IMG/VR virus record: IMGVR_UViG_3300009709_000001
Span: 96,001 to 160,000 of that record
Length of the DNA: 64,000 nt
Direction: 5' to 3' (one strand)
Source of the DNA: a virus
Lineage: Duplodnaviria > Heunggongvirae > Uroviricota > Caudoviricetes
A model generated the notes under the pieces. It ran no database searches. It was not told the origin of the DNA and saw only the letters and a list, made by a program, of their open reading frames with translations. The position numbers were made by a program, and so were the translations under genes. Shown here one piece after another: positions 37,904 through 47,446 of the stretch (its first letter is position 1; the number at the start of each line of letters is the position of its first letter).

Positions 37904-38559
37904 CGGAAATCTTTTTCGTAGATGCTTGTAGACAAAGTTTTAGCTAAATTACGAATTTGGTCAACGTCTTCAGCTGTTGGTTGTCTATTAACATAGATAA
38001 TCACTGAACCTGTAAATCTGCCATAATATGGCGGAATTCCCACGGCACAAGCGGTGTGTATATATTTACCGGCCTCAGGGGCATACTTGGACACAAGTGA
38101 TTCTGAAAACGGATAGCAGATAAATTCACCATTAATCAAATCAACAATATGCCTGTTGTTCACCACATCTGTAGTGAATAACGGTGCATCAGAAATAGAA
38201 GTCTTCACATACTGTTCGTATATGGATGCCAGCACCGGATCCGGTGTTGTTGTATAAATTGGTGTTCTTGTGTTTTTCTGAAAATCGACTACTACAACTT
38301 GAATACCTATAATGATGCTAGATTTCTTAGCAGCATTATCGACATTCTCAATCGATTTCTTAGAAAGTTTCTCAACAGGCGGGCCAACACGACTTAATCG
38401 TGTCTGATTTGCGTAGTTGTAGATAGACTCTCGAAGTTCATATGTAACCAATGCTAATGAAATTACGAACAGAAAGAGTCCGAGCTGGAGGATTTTCTTC
38501 CAGGTAAGAATATTCAGGAACTTCTGAATATTTGTCAAATTGTCGTTTAGTCCAGCCAT
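37900..38559 (-). CDS. putative T-type holin (one TM plus GAF-like periplasmic domain), copy 1
   Basis: single TM near the N-terminus; LINGEFIC, C.V.IPP.YG.F.G; late motif 38601-38608. Confidence 0.5.
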   Translation of the reverse strand: MAGLNDNLTNIQKFLNILTWKKILQLGLFLFVISLALVTYELRESIYNYANQTRLSRVGPPVEKLSKKSIENVDNAAKKSSIIIGIQVVVVDFQKNTRTPIYTTTPDPVLASIYEQYVKTSISDAPLFTTDVVNNRHIVDLINGEFICYPFSESLVSKYAPEAGKYIHTACAVGIPPYYGRFTGSVIIYVNRQPTAEDVDQIRNLAKTLSTSIYEKDFR

Positions 38560-38642
38560 ACTGTCCCTAATAAAATACCTTGCACCTGTTTAGTGCAAAA
38601 TATTTATCGGGTACTACTGGAAAAGGACTCTTGGGTTTTATC

Positions 38643-39362
38643 TCACCGAAAATCTTCGCGTCTTAATGCACGAGTAACCGGCTTCTCATTACCTGACTTT
38701 TCATGTAATATATCATTGATATATATTTGATTGGACAGTTCTGTCGCCAATTGCCTCAGCATCTCAATCTCAATTCCATCTGGTTTATGCTTGATATAGA
38801 TATTCAAATATCCACTAAACTTACCATAATGCGGTGGAATGCTAACTGAACAAATGTGTGTTACGACCGAAGATGCTTTTGCATAGGTTTTTACAGCAAC
38901 CGTATCACTATACGGTGTACAAATAAATTTACCATTGATTAAGGATACTACGCGTCGATTATTTGTTTGGTTATCATTAAAGATAGGTGTATCAGCAATT
39001 GAAGAATTTTGAAAATCATCAATTGCCTGTTTCAACAATGGTTCGGAAATAAATGAATATGATGCTGTCCGAGTATTCTTCTTGAAGTTTATATTCACTA
39101 CCTGAATACCGGCAATCATAGTCGGAAATTTACTAACAGTCTCGGTAATCTTTATCTTCGTTTCGGAAGTTAATTCAATTACAATGACATAATCAGTTTC
39201 TGTCAAGGCGCCCATCTTGATGCTTGCATAGGCACTTTCTCGAAATTGATATCCTATATAGAAAACGAATAACATGAAAAGTAGTACGGCGATCTGGGCC
39301 AATTTTTCCCAAGTCAATGCTTTTAGAAAGCTTGCAGCTACTTTGAAATCTACACCCATCAT
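38643..39362 (-). CDS. putative T-type holin, copy 2
   Basis: paralogue of 37900-38559 (LTW.K, LING.FIC, IPP.YG.FSG); late motif 39389-39396. Confidence 0.5.
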   Translation of the reverse strand: MMGVDFKVAASFLKALTWEKLAQIAVLLFMLFVFYIGYQFRESAYASIKMGALTETDYVIVIELTSETKIKITETVSKFPTMIAGIQVVNINFKKNTRTASYSFISEPLLKQAIDDFQNSSIADTPIFNDNQTNNRRVVSLINGKFICTPYSDTVAVKTYAKASSVVTHICSVSIPPHYGKFSGYLNIYIKHKPDGIEIEMLRQLATELSNQIYINDILHEKSGNEKPVTRALRREDFR

Positions 39363-39399
39363 ACTACCTTCTATACTCGACTAAAGTATATTTATCAGA

Positions 39400-39433
39400 A
39401 GAATAGGCGTAGTATTTCTACTACGCCTATTCT
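39400..39433 (-). terminator. hairpin after tRNA-Leu
   Basis: AGAATAGGCGTAGTA / TACTACGCCTATTCT. Confidence 0.6.
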
Positions 39434-39438
39434 AGGTA

Positions 39439-39523
39439 TGGTGCGACCGACTGGACTCGAACCAGCACAGATTTCTCCACAAGCACCTCAAGCTTGCGCG
39501 GCTACCAATTACGCCACGGTCGC
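39439..39523 (-). tRNA. tRNA-Leu(GAG)
   Basis: CAAGC-TT-GAG-GT-GCTTG; V-arm; CCA. Confidence 0.93.
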
Positions 39524-39531
39524 ATTATCTA

Positions 39532-39762
39532 TTAACTCATATCTTCGAGTGTGGTTTCACGAAGGTGGTTCATCTTCATCCAACCGTCGATGTCGAATCC
39601 TTCCGGAAAGACAAGTTTGCGAACTTGCAAACCATCACCGCTTGCATAAGTCTCGTCGCCGTCATCGGCACGTTCTTGCATCTTTTCAAGAACAGCTTCG
39701 TCACGAACCCAACGAATGCTATTGCTACCATCACCGGAATTTGTAATAACGAATTTAATCAT
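39532..39762 (-). CDS. hypothetical protein
   Basis: GDGS.SI.W and YASGDG motifs. Confidence 0.65.
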   Translation of the reverse strand: MIKFVITNSGDGSNSIRWVRDEAVLEKMQERADDGDETYASGDGLQVRKLVFPEGFDIDGWMKMNHLRETTLEDMS

Positions 39763-39778
39763 ATCTCTGTGTATTGAA

Positions 39779-39887
39779 TTAGTCGGAACTGCCCATTAGC
39801 GGAGGGTCCCGCGATCACCGGAGTACAGTCTCCGTAAACGGTTAAGTTCCCAAGTAGGAGTTCTGTACCCTCGCCTATTACGACTAA
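39779..39887 (-). ncRNA. candidate pseudoknotted ncRNA
   Basis: TTAGTCG/CGACTAA ends; GAGGGT/ACCCTC; GTACAG/CTGTAC; GGAACT/AGTTCC. Confidence 0.45.
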
Positions 39888-39905
39888 GGACTCCCACAAT
39901 GAAAA

Positions 39906-39983
39906 TGGTTGCGAACGATTGGATTTGAACCAATGACCTCTGGGTTATGAGCCCAGCGCGCTACCGGGCTGCGCCACGCCGCG
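39906..39983 (-). tRNA. initiator tRNA-fMet(CAT)
   Basis: C1:A72 mismatch; GGG/CCC in the anticodon stem; CT-CAT-AA; one extra nt in the acceptor 3' strand. Confidence 0.88.
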
Positions 39984-40167
39984 TCTGAAAATGTCCGGTT
40001 TATTTCCATGCACAACAAACCGGGAGTCATGCATAGAGTACGCTCACTATCGTACCAGGCGCCGATCCCTTAGGAAGTGTGTGACACACCGAATAATGTT
40101 ATCATTCGGACGGCATATAAGTGGTAGATCGTATACCAACGGGCGATTGCGCCATCATAAAATAATC

Positions 40168-40253
40168 TGGTTGCGGAGGGTGGAATCGAACCACCGGGGA
40201 CAATGTCTTTGGGTTATGAGCCCAACGCGCTACCGACTACGCTCTACCCCGCC
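40168..40253 (-). tRNA. second initiator-type tRNA-Met(CAT), atypical
   Basis: G1:A72 mismatch; GGG/CCC; 4-nt acceptor-D linker; 13-nt variable region. Confidence 0.75.
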
Positions 40254-40462
40254 AGTATTCTTGCACTGAGAACTCGAATAAGAGCTGATGTAATTTCACA
40301 TTCAACTATTGTACCAATCCTCAAATTTTCAAACTCTAAATCTGGTGTATGTGGAAACAGATGATAAACGTTACCGTTCTCAACTTTCACATATGCTGTT
40401 CGATAAGGTATAGAAATGTCTACAACCTTACCTTCTATAAAATACGGAATCTCACCAGGCAT
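40244..40462 (-). CDS. small OB-fold-like protein
   Basis: EGKV.......AYV..ENG..YH........F..L.IG..V; stop codon inside tRNA-Met. Confidence 0.55.
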   Translation of the reverse strand: MPGEIPYFIEGKVVDISIPYRTAYVKVENGNVYHLFPHTPDLEFENLRIGTIVECEITSALIRVLSARILAG

Positions 40463-40481
40463 TCCATATTTATCGATTTCG

Positions 40482-40555
40482 TGGTGCTCCCAACAGGAAT
40501 CGAACCTGTGACCCTATCGTACCAAGATAAGATTTTACCACTAGACTATAGGAGC
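40482..40555 (-). tRNA. tRNA-Thr(GGT)
   Basis: TTATC-TT-GGT-AC-GATAG; CCA. Confidence 0.9.
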
Positions 40556-40734
40556 AATCGGATAAGCTATATATCATTCTCTGCATAATATACGCATGGT
40601 TACGGTAGCATCAAACGACATTCCGTAACATATCCTTTAAAGAACAAATTGGTGAAGCGCAGTAATCAAAAATTATAAGTATTTGAAGTGATCCGACTAT
40701 TACGGGTCGAATATACTGCTAACTTTACCGTGCC

Positions 40735-40947
40735 TTAGACCGAGCTGTCGTTGTCGGTATTCGATACAGACTTGGACTTATGGTCTTTGGACTTCAAAGC
40801 AGCTCGGCGGGCTGCTTCGTCATGAAGTTGTGCCTGAATTAGCATATCCTTCATATGAGCTCTGTCTTCTTTAGAACCCTTCATCAGGGCGAGAATACCC
40901 TTCGATGATTTCTTCATTCTAAAGTTTTTATCCGGAATCATTCTCAT
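40735..40947 (-). CDS. hypothetical protein
   Basis: basic 70-aa ORF abutting the upstream gene. Confidence 0.6.
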   Translation of the reverse strand: MRMIPDKNFRMKKSSKGILALMKGSKEDRAHMKDMLIQAQLHDEAARRAALKSKDHKSKSVSNTDNDSSV

Positions 40948-41310
40948 TTATCTATTATCCTGCTGCGGCTTTGGTTTCGGAATCGCATTTATTTTTGTTC
41001 TGACTGAAACCAATTGTTCGTTAAGGGTTCTAGCTTTTTTCTCACTGTCCCCTTGGCGTTTATTTAAGTCTATAATAGCACGTTGCATCTCGTTAAGTCT
41101 ACCTGATACGTCATTGGGTGCAGATTCTATTTTTCTAATTTTCGGAACGGCTAAAACAACAGAAATAACCGAAGTAGATAAATCCCAGATTACATCTTTA
41201 ACTTCGTAGTATTCATCCTCAAGTTGTACGGTATCACCTTTTCTCGGAATAAACTGAGTATCCCCTTTGAAAATTTGTTCTTCGTATTCGTTGATGTATG
41301 ATACTAACAT
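40948..41310 (-). CDS. hypothetical protein
   Basis: IPRKGD.V...V..V.W domain plus coiled coil. Confidence 0.65.
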   Translation of the reverse strand: MLVSYINEYEEQIFKGDTQFIPRKGDTVQLEDEYYEVKDVIWDLSTSVISVVLAVPKIRKIESAPNDVSGRLNEMQRAIIDLNKRQGDSEKKARTLNEQLVSVRTKINAIPKPKPQQDNR

Positions 41311-41322
41311 TCTTTCTTATTT

Positions 41323-41398
41323 TGGCTCCGGAGGTAGGGATCGAACCTACGACACGCGGATTAACAGTCCGCTGCAACTACCTCTGTGCTACTCCGGA
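41323..41398 (-). tRNA. tRNA-Asn(GTT)
   Basis: GCGGA-CT-GTT-AA-TCCGC; G73-CCA. Confidence 0.93.
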
Positions 41399-41407
41399 AT
41401 AGTTGTA

Positions 41408-41483
41408 TGGTGGAGGTGACAGGACTCGAACCCGCTACCTACTGAATGCAAATCAGTCGCTCTCCCTGGTGAGCTACACCCCC
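41408..41483 (-). tRNA. tRNA-Ala(TGC)
   Basis: G3:U70; ACTGA-TT-TGC-AT-TCAGT; CCA. Confidence 0.93.
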
Positions 41484-41502
41484 ATGAAACTTTATTTATC
41501 TC

Positions 41503-41898
41503 TCAATATGAATCAAGAAGACTTTTCTTTCTTTGTTCTTCTGCAACTCGAGCCTTTTCTTCGGCGGCAGCCCGAGCACTTTCCTTATCGTTCTTTTCTT
41601 TAATTTTCTGGCAAACCAGAACCTCAAAATCTTCCTGCCATTTACCAGTATGCAACCAACCATAAGTTTCGGTCCAGCCTGGTTGACCACCAGTTATTCC
41701 ATAGATCTGAACTGCTTTACTAAGTTCCGGTGCCTGTGTGACATGCAAGTCTCCAGGTCGAATCGAAGCTACAGTATGATCTGCAGGCAATAACCAAATT
41801 TCGAAAGTACGACCACGGGCATGACTGCCAGAACGAATCCAAAATCTTCCGTATTGTCCTGTTTCGAACAATTCAGCGTAACCTCTTGCACCCTGCAT
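41503..41898 (-). CDS. hypothetical protein
   Basis: HARG.TF and YG...GQPGWTE.YGW motifs. Confidence 0.7.
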   Translation of the reverse strand: MQGARGYAELFETGQYGRFWIRSGSHARGRTFEIWLLPADHTVASIRPGDLHVTQAPELSKAVQIYGITGGQPGWTETYGWLHTGKWQEDFEVLVCQKIKEKNDKESARAAAEEKARVAEEQRKKSLLDSY

Positions 41899-42167
41899 AA
41901 TCGACTTTCTTGAATTAGTGCTATGTTGGTAAGACGGTTTTATAGGACCCAACCAAACCATAACTGATCATGACTCCTGTTATGGGCATACCGATCAAAC
42001 TGCGTTCACAAAGCGATGAACGTCGAATTCTTCACGTAATTCGAATAAGAACCCCTAGGGGAACACAACGTGGTTTGCCTAGAAACCATAACCAGACATC
42101 GTGCCGGATGTCAACGGATAGGGGTGTCTGTTAAGACCAACCATCCCCGAGTTCTTTAATCACGACC

Positions 42168-42427
42168 CTAGCGACCGCGATGATGTCCATGTGGAACTCC
42201 GTGAGTTCTGTAGGCCAGCCACATGGCATGTAACGCACTTCGTGACGAGGACCGTAGAAGAAATAGAGATTTGCTCTCGAATCCCAGTAATAATCTCTTT
42301 CGTATTGCGGATAGGCAACTACCTCGACCGCAACTTCGGGACGAACTCTGTATTCGCCACGCACCGGTGCAACAACACATCCGGCTAACAACATTGCTGC
42401 ACCGAGTGCAGTTAGAATTGCTTTCAT
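42168..42427 (-). pseudogene. lipoprotein, apparently frameshifted near its C-terminus
   Basis: AGGAG SD; lipobox LAGC; a natural-looking end YRTHGVPHGHHRGR* lies in another frame after RYMPCGW. Confidence 0.5.
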
Positions 42428-42443
42428 ATCAATTCTCCTAAAA

Positions 42444-42520
42444 TGGTCGGAGTACAAGGATTCGAACCTTGGACCTCTTGCTCCCAAAGCAAGCGCACTA
42501 CCAGGCTGTGCTACACTCCG
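42444..42520 (-). tRNA. tRNA-Pro(TGG)
   Basis: CTTGC-TT-TGG-GA-GCAAG; CCA. Confidence 0.93.
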
Positions 42521-42828
42521 ATATTCATATAGTGTAGAAGTTTGGTTAGATTCTTATAATTTTCTAAACCACCTACTACGGTATTACATCTATTACACAA
42601 TATTCCTCGAACTTTTCCGGTAGAATGATCGTGATCGATAAATCCACCTTTATGTCCGACAAACATTTCTATTTCATTTTCGCACAGGCAGCATTTCTTA
42701 TCTTGACTTTCGTACAACCTTATTTGGTCATTTCTAGTCAATCCATACCTGTGCTTGCCGTCTTTGCAAACTCTGCAAGCATAACCCGGTAAGTTATGTT
42801 CCTCTCCACAATACTTGCATGCCTTCAT
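42511..42828 (-). CDS. endonuclease VII-family protein
   Basis: RYGLT, Q...C.LC, IDHDH.TGKVRGILC..CN...G; stop codon inside tRNA-Pro. Confidence 0.88.
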   Translation of the reverse strand: MKACKYCGEEHNLPGYACRVCKDGKHRYGLTRNDQIRLYESQDKKCCLCENEIEMFVGHKGGFIDHDHSTGKVRGILCNRCNTVVGGLENYKNLTKLLHYMNIGV

Positions 42829-42871
42829 GCAAGTATTTATGAATTAGCGCTTGATCACAGCGCTTTTTCAT

Positions 42872-43111
42872 TTAACGCTTCATGAATTGGAGGCCGGTGT
42901 AAACCAAGCATCCAACAGTGACTAGCGACCACAGAGCCGCAGCCGAAATACCGGTGACAAAAGCCACACCAGTTACAAACAACCATGCAACCAAGAAAAA
43001 GATCACGAAGGATGCAATAGTCCCGATAATTTCACCGGTCTCGGTACCTTGCGTGCCAGTCAGATTGGTAATCTGATTTGCCAGCTTGTTAATCCATGTC
43101 ATCAACATCAT
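42872..43111 (-). CDS. small membrane protein
   Basis: two TM segments; GGAG SD. Confidence 0.6.
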   Translation of the reverse strand: MMLMTWINKLANQITNLTGTQGTETGEIIGTIASFVIFFLVAWLFVTGVAFVTGISAAALWSLVTVGCLVYTGLQFMKR

Positions 43112-43625
43112 CTTCTCCAAAAAATTAGTGCTTCGCGGTATACCTAATCCAATTGATACTTTTGCTAACGCTTCAGCTCGCGGTTTAGAACATTGCAGAA
43201 GTCGCGGAAGAACCCAACTTCCACCCTTGCATGACGGCCAGGTGATAATTTAACGTGTCTACCCCAGAATAACTCCATGATTCTGGCATTATCGAACGAC
43301 GTTTTCCCTTCAAAATGAAGTGGCACATAATGGCTTTACAGGCTACCAGCGGACTCTTGTAACGACGTATTCCGCAGTTTCCGTGAATTCGTGTTTCATC
43401 TCTTAGCATCCGATTCTAGAGATTAACGCTTCAACTCGCGAAACAGTTTCAAGTCATGTCCAGGACATTTATCTCTCAGGCAATTACCCCACCAAATTCA
43501 GTAAGCAGCATTGGTCGCTCTGCCTAAAATTTTACATCGTTTGGGCGAAGATGCGAATATGGACTGGCTCAAGGTTTATACTCCTTGGTCGTTATCCGCG
43601 CCATCTAAGGCACGCGCCATTGATT

Positions 43626-43701
43626 TGGTGAGTCCTACCGGTCTCGAACCGATGACATTCTGCGTGTAAGGCAGATGCTCTACCAACTGAGCTAAAGACC
43701 C
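43626..43701 (-). tRNA. tRNA-Val(TAC)
   Basis: TCTGC-CT-TAC-AC-GCAGA; CCA. Confidence 0.93.
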
Positions 43702-43806
43702 GAATTCTTATAAAATATCCATGTTTCCCTAATATCAAACCACTGAGCATAAACCGATTGTCTTAATCGCCATCCGGCAATTTTCAATATAAGCTTATCT
43801 TCAGGT

Positions 43807-43871
43807 GTCGGAAGGTATCACACAAATTGAACTATGGCGATCATCTTCGTATCTGTGTGATACCTTCCGAC
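43807..43871. repeat. 18-bp perfect inverted repeat with a 29-nt loop
   Basis: GTCGGAAGGTATCACACA ... TGTGTGATACCTTCCGAC. Confidence 0.8.
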
Positions 43872-43895
43872 CAATAACGGCAGCTCAATCATTGC

Positions 43896-44168
43896 TTAAC
43901 TGTTGTCTATTTTGCCTTTTAATACTGCGATTGTCAATACTTCCGGGTCTATCTTTCCTTTAATTAGTCTGACTGATGTAACCAATTCAGTCATTTCATC
44001 AAGTTCCCATTCGCATCCAGCCCATTCAAAGGTGGATGAAAAGTATTCACAAAATCCAGTCGACCTGCCCCATTTAACCTGACCATTGTCAATAGCTGTT
44101 TTCAACGTATAAAGATACGCTTTTGGAAAATTGCAATCGACATGATCTAAATTATCTGGCCAAGCCAT
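43896..44168 (-). CDS. hypothetical protein
   Basis: 90-aa ORF; sigma70-type promoter at 44339-44367 upstream. Confidence 0.6.
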   Translation of the reverse strand: MAWPDNLDHVDCNFPKAYLYTLKTAIDNGQVKWGRSTGFCEYFSSTFEWAGCEWELDEMTELVTSVRLIKGKIDPEVLTIAVLKGKIDNS

Positions 44169-44363
44169 AAAATACCTTTTTGCTACGAATGTCGAGACTC
44201 CCAGGCCGTGTATTCCCCTCGAGTGGGTTAAAGGACTTGCACCTAGACCGATATACGAATTTCGTAGTGACCATTGCTCCTGCCGAGTAGCTTGCCGACA
44301 TTACATCTGCAAACATCGTAGCAAAAAAGCACTTCATAATTGTATGACATTTTTAACGGTTTG

Positions 44364-44849
44364 TCAAAACCCTTCTGCATTGCAAAATTCAATAACTTCC
44401 TCGATAGGAACCTGTCCAAAAAAGGACATGGTAAAAATAATCCTATCAGTTTCGAGATTGAGTACAGAATGGAATTTCTTCACATTCAGTAATGTCATTT
44501 CATTTGGGCGGTATACCAATTCCTCAATATTGCACATCGCACTTAAGGATGTTGCCTCTGTGAAAATAGTATGAGATTTGTATGTCCCCAAAGACATATT
44601 CAAGGCACAAGCTCTTTGAGCATCTTGGTGCCAATGGTAAAACGTATTTGCCCGTTGCCGAACAAGAAAAGGATCTACCGAAAACTTTTCCTTCAATCTT
44701 TTCAACACGGGATCTGTATCGAGCATCTCAAGTGGAATACTCGATAAATCAGCATCTTTCCGTATCGACCAGACTAAATCATTCCTTCTGGAATATTCAG
44801 TAAGTTCATCAGTAATTACCGACTTAGTCGGCAATGTATAGAACAACAT
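44364..44849 (-). CDS. 2OG-Fe(II)/cupin-like oxygenase
   Basis: YHWHQD..R.CALN, LLNV..FHSV.N....R. Confidence 0.65.
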   Translation of the reverse strand: MLFYTLPTKSVITDELTEYSRRNDLVWSIRKDADLSSIPLEMLDTDPVLKRLKEKFSVDPFLVRQRANTFYHWHQDAQRACALNMSLGTYKSHTIFTEATSLSAMCNIEELVYRPNEMTLLNVKKFHSVLNLETDRIIFTMSFFGQVPIEEVIEFCNAEGF

Positions 44850-45241
44850 TTGAATAACTATTCCGCTTTATCACCAAATCGACAGTACCATAGGACGCAG
44901 TTTTAAAGAATTAGTGATGTACGCACAATTCCAACCTACGGCATAGGGGCCAATTATTCCCCCAATCCACATGCCAGCTTTACGCACAGAAAACCAGCAA
45001 ACACATGGGCATCCATACACTCCTGACCTCGGTCGACAACCGATATAGGTTAGGGACAAAAATGCACAGATGGTCTTGGTATCGGACGGGCCGTACCGGT
45101 TACTCAAAAACTTAGAGGCTGCAACAATACCGCGGCTTTAACATACCTACTTTCGTACAACCGTCTATACGCGAATTCGCATAAACAGCAGGTCTACCAG
45201 TCCAGGCGACAAATGTCGCGCGTTGCTTTTCTGCATAACCT

Positions 45242-45326
45242 TGGTGCGGGTAAAGGGACTCGAACCCCCACGCCTTGCGGCGCCAGAACCTAAATCTGGT
45301 GCGTCTACCAATTTCGCCACACCCGC
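45242..45326 (-). tRNA. tRNA-Leu(TAG)
   Basis: CCAGA-TT-TAG-GT-TCTGG; V-arm; CCA. Confidence 0.94.
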
Positions 45327-45369
45327 ATAACTCAACTAATTATTGCAAATCTACAAGAAAAATGCAAGT

Positions 45370-46764
45370 TTACCTTAGTTGATAAGAAACATACTTATCA
45401 ACAAAAGCCTTAGTTCTCACTTTCATTGAATCCCAATCGTGTTCGTCACGTCTGAGTTTCATAATATCTTCAAATGAATCACCAAGTGCAGTCATTTCTG
45501 TAAGCAACCATCCAGCAGGACGACTTCTACCCATTGCAACTTGATTGAGATCTTTTGCGAAAATTGATGCTTCGTATGCATTCCATTTATCATTATACCA
45601 CATAAAGGTATTCTGTGGATCTGGAAATGTATATCCGTATTCTTCGCAATTTACCTCAAATTCACTTTTCCAAACTTTGTCAGGTATCCTATTTATGCTT
45701 AGTCCGAAATAACCCCAGGCATACATATCGTTATCGACACACCATTTTTCAGTGTCAAGGATATCTTCTCTTGATTCGCCAGGCAGGCCGATAATCAACG
45801 ACATATACCAGTTAATTTCATCTCCCCAGAAATCTTTCAGATAAAGGAGATAATCTTTAGCATACTTTCCATTCCAACCCTTACCTACGGCGCGACTTGC
45901 ATCCTCATGAAAACTTTCAATTCCAAAGTGTGCAGATCGCATTCCACTATCTTTCAAGCGTTGTGCCATTTCAGGATTGGTACCGATAAGATCCAATCTA
46001 TTATAACCGATCCACTGCAACCTGAATGGCAATGATTGCGCAATATCGGCAATCATATCAACCTTTTCCATGCTTTCGTTTACGGTATCATCCTGGAAAT
46101 AGTATTTTGTGGTTCCCCACTTTTCGTAATTCCGTAGCATCTCTTCTTTAATAAGATGCGGAGCACGCATATAGGTGCCGGGTTTCTTTCCGATCAATGG
46201 ATAACTACAGAATTTACACTTGAATTTACAACCACGAGTTAGCTCAATTGTGAGTGGTTCTGTGGATTGTATAAAATCATCATCGTGCCTAGAATGTTCT
46301 AAACAGGTAATATCGAACAGTGTTCTTCTTACCAATTTACTACTATTCTGATCCATCCATTGTAGAATTGCATCTTCTGCAAATCCATGGAATTTTACCC
46401 AATGAAATTTGTATGGTTCTCGATAGGATTTTGATCCACCAAGTATCCAAAAGACATCGTGTTTCGATTCTAATTTTTCACGTGCATCAATTACCCATTG
46501 TGGTTCCAGGAAACCTGTGAGTAATTTATCGTGCTTGAAATACAGGTCCCAAAAAGTCGAACTTACTCCAATTGCTAGAGTATCGGCGCCTATGTGCTTT
46601 TCGGTAATTGCAACTAATTCATCTGTCGACATGATGTGACAGAAATCAATTACCTTTACCGTGTATCCGTGCTGTCTAAGCCAAGATGCAATCTGAGTTG
46701 CACCACCTGTTCTTACAGGGGCGTATTCGACTGCAACATTTGACCAGAGTATTAAATTTGCCAT
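45370..46764 (-). CDS. B12-binding-type radical SAM protein
   Basis: ELTRGCKFKCKFC CxxxCxxC; DDT.N; FGIES; IIGLPGE; N-terminal G...IA..LR..GY.V.VID...GVS domain. Confidence 0.9.
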   Translation of the reverse strand: MANLILWSNVAVEYAPVRTGGATQIASWLRQHGYTVKVIDFCHIMSTDELVAITEKHIGADTLAIGVSSTFWDLYFKHDKLLTGFLEPQWVIDAREKLESKHDVFWILGGSKSYREPYKFHWVKFHGFAEDAILQWMDQNSSKLVRRTLFDITCLEHSRHDDDFIQSTEPLTIELTRGCKFKCKFCSYPLIGKKPGTYMRAPHLIKEEMLRNYEKWGTTKYYFQDDTVNESMEKVDMIADIAQSLPFRLQWIGYNRLDLIGTNPEMAQRLKDSGMRSAHFGIESFHEDASRAVGKGWNGKYAKDYLLYLKDFWGDEINWYMSLIIGLPGESREDILDTEKWCVDNDMYAWGYFGLSINRIPDKVWKSEFEVNCEEYGYTFPDPQNTFMWYNDKWNAYEASIFAKDLNQVAMGRSRPAGWLLTEMTALGDSFEDIMKLRRDEHDWDSMKVRTKAFVDKYVSYQLR

Positions 46765-46784
46765 GCCAATATTTATTGGTGGCG

Positions 46785-47177
46785 TTATCTCTTTAGGATT
46801 TTGTTAGGTTTTGACTGTTTCCGTGCATAACGAACAGTCATCCAAGTTCCACTACGAACAATCTCTTTATCCTGCTTAGGAGTTGCGATAAGATAATCTG
46901 TTTGATTTACGATGTTCTTATCTCTTGGTGTATAAGCCATCAACTCACGCATGATGTTGCCAGTGCGAAACGCACGCTGCTTATCACTCAATGGCGGGTG
47001 TACCACAATAATTGTATCCGGGCAAAGAGCACGAACAATATCGTGTGCTTCAGCATCTGCACCAACACAATCACCGTGATGAAATTCTACTGGATTGAGT
47101 CTCATAATTTCAAGGGCAAAAGCCTCTTTCTGTTGCGCACTCATTCCTTCTCTTGTTCCTGTAAATCCTACTTTCAT
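46785..47177 (-). CDS. SLOG-superfamily protein
   Basis: GFTGTR, HGDCVGAD, R...IV...D.LIA, SGTW.T.RYA. Confidence 0.8.
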   Translation of the reverse strand: MKVGFTGTREGMSAQQKEAFALEIMRLNPVEFHHGDCVGADAEAHDIVRALCPDTIIVVHPPLSDKQRAFRTGNIMRELMAYTPRDKNIVNQTDYLIATPKQDKEIVRSGTWMTVRYARKQSKPNKILKR

Positions 47178-47446
47178 CCAAACCTCAACCTGAAGGCTAC
47201 AGCATCGGCTTCATTCTTGAATGCATGAGCAATCTTGAATTGTGCAAAACGACCAATTTCGGGTCCACTGTAGACAACTTCTTTGCCAATAACCACATGA
47301 CGTTCGCTATACGGATGAAGCCATTCACCAACTTCTGGCGAAAATGCTTCCCGAGTATAACGATAAACAATAAAAGGATATAGAGCTTTGACAGCTTCTA
47401 TATCCTCATGATATTTAGCAGTGGTTAATCGCTCAATATTCATCAC
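47174..47446 (-). CDS. small hypothetical protein (F..E.DA..F.LRFG family)
   Basis: C-terminal FKNEADAVAFRLRFG. Confidence 0.65.
   Translation of the reverse strand: MMNIERLTTAKYHEDIEAVKALYPFIVYRYTREAFSPEVGEWLHPYSERHVVIGKEVVYSGPEIGRFAQFKIAHAFKNEADAVAFRLRFG

Noticed and set aside
39779-39887. Twister or HDV ribozyme
   Set aside because: The conserved catalytic nucleotides could not be placed; kept only as an unclassified structured RNA.
44871-45240. ORF 44871-45107 or an ncRNA downstream of tRNA-Leu(TAG)
   Set aside because: TTG start, no SD, no motifs, and no clear closing stem; left unassigned.
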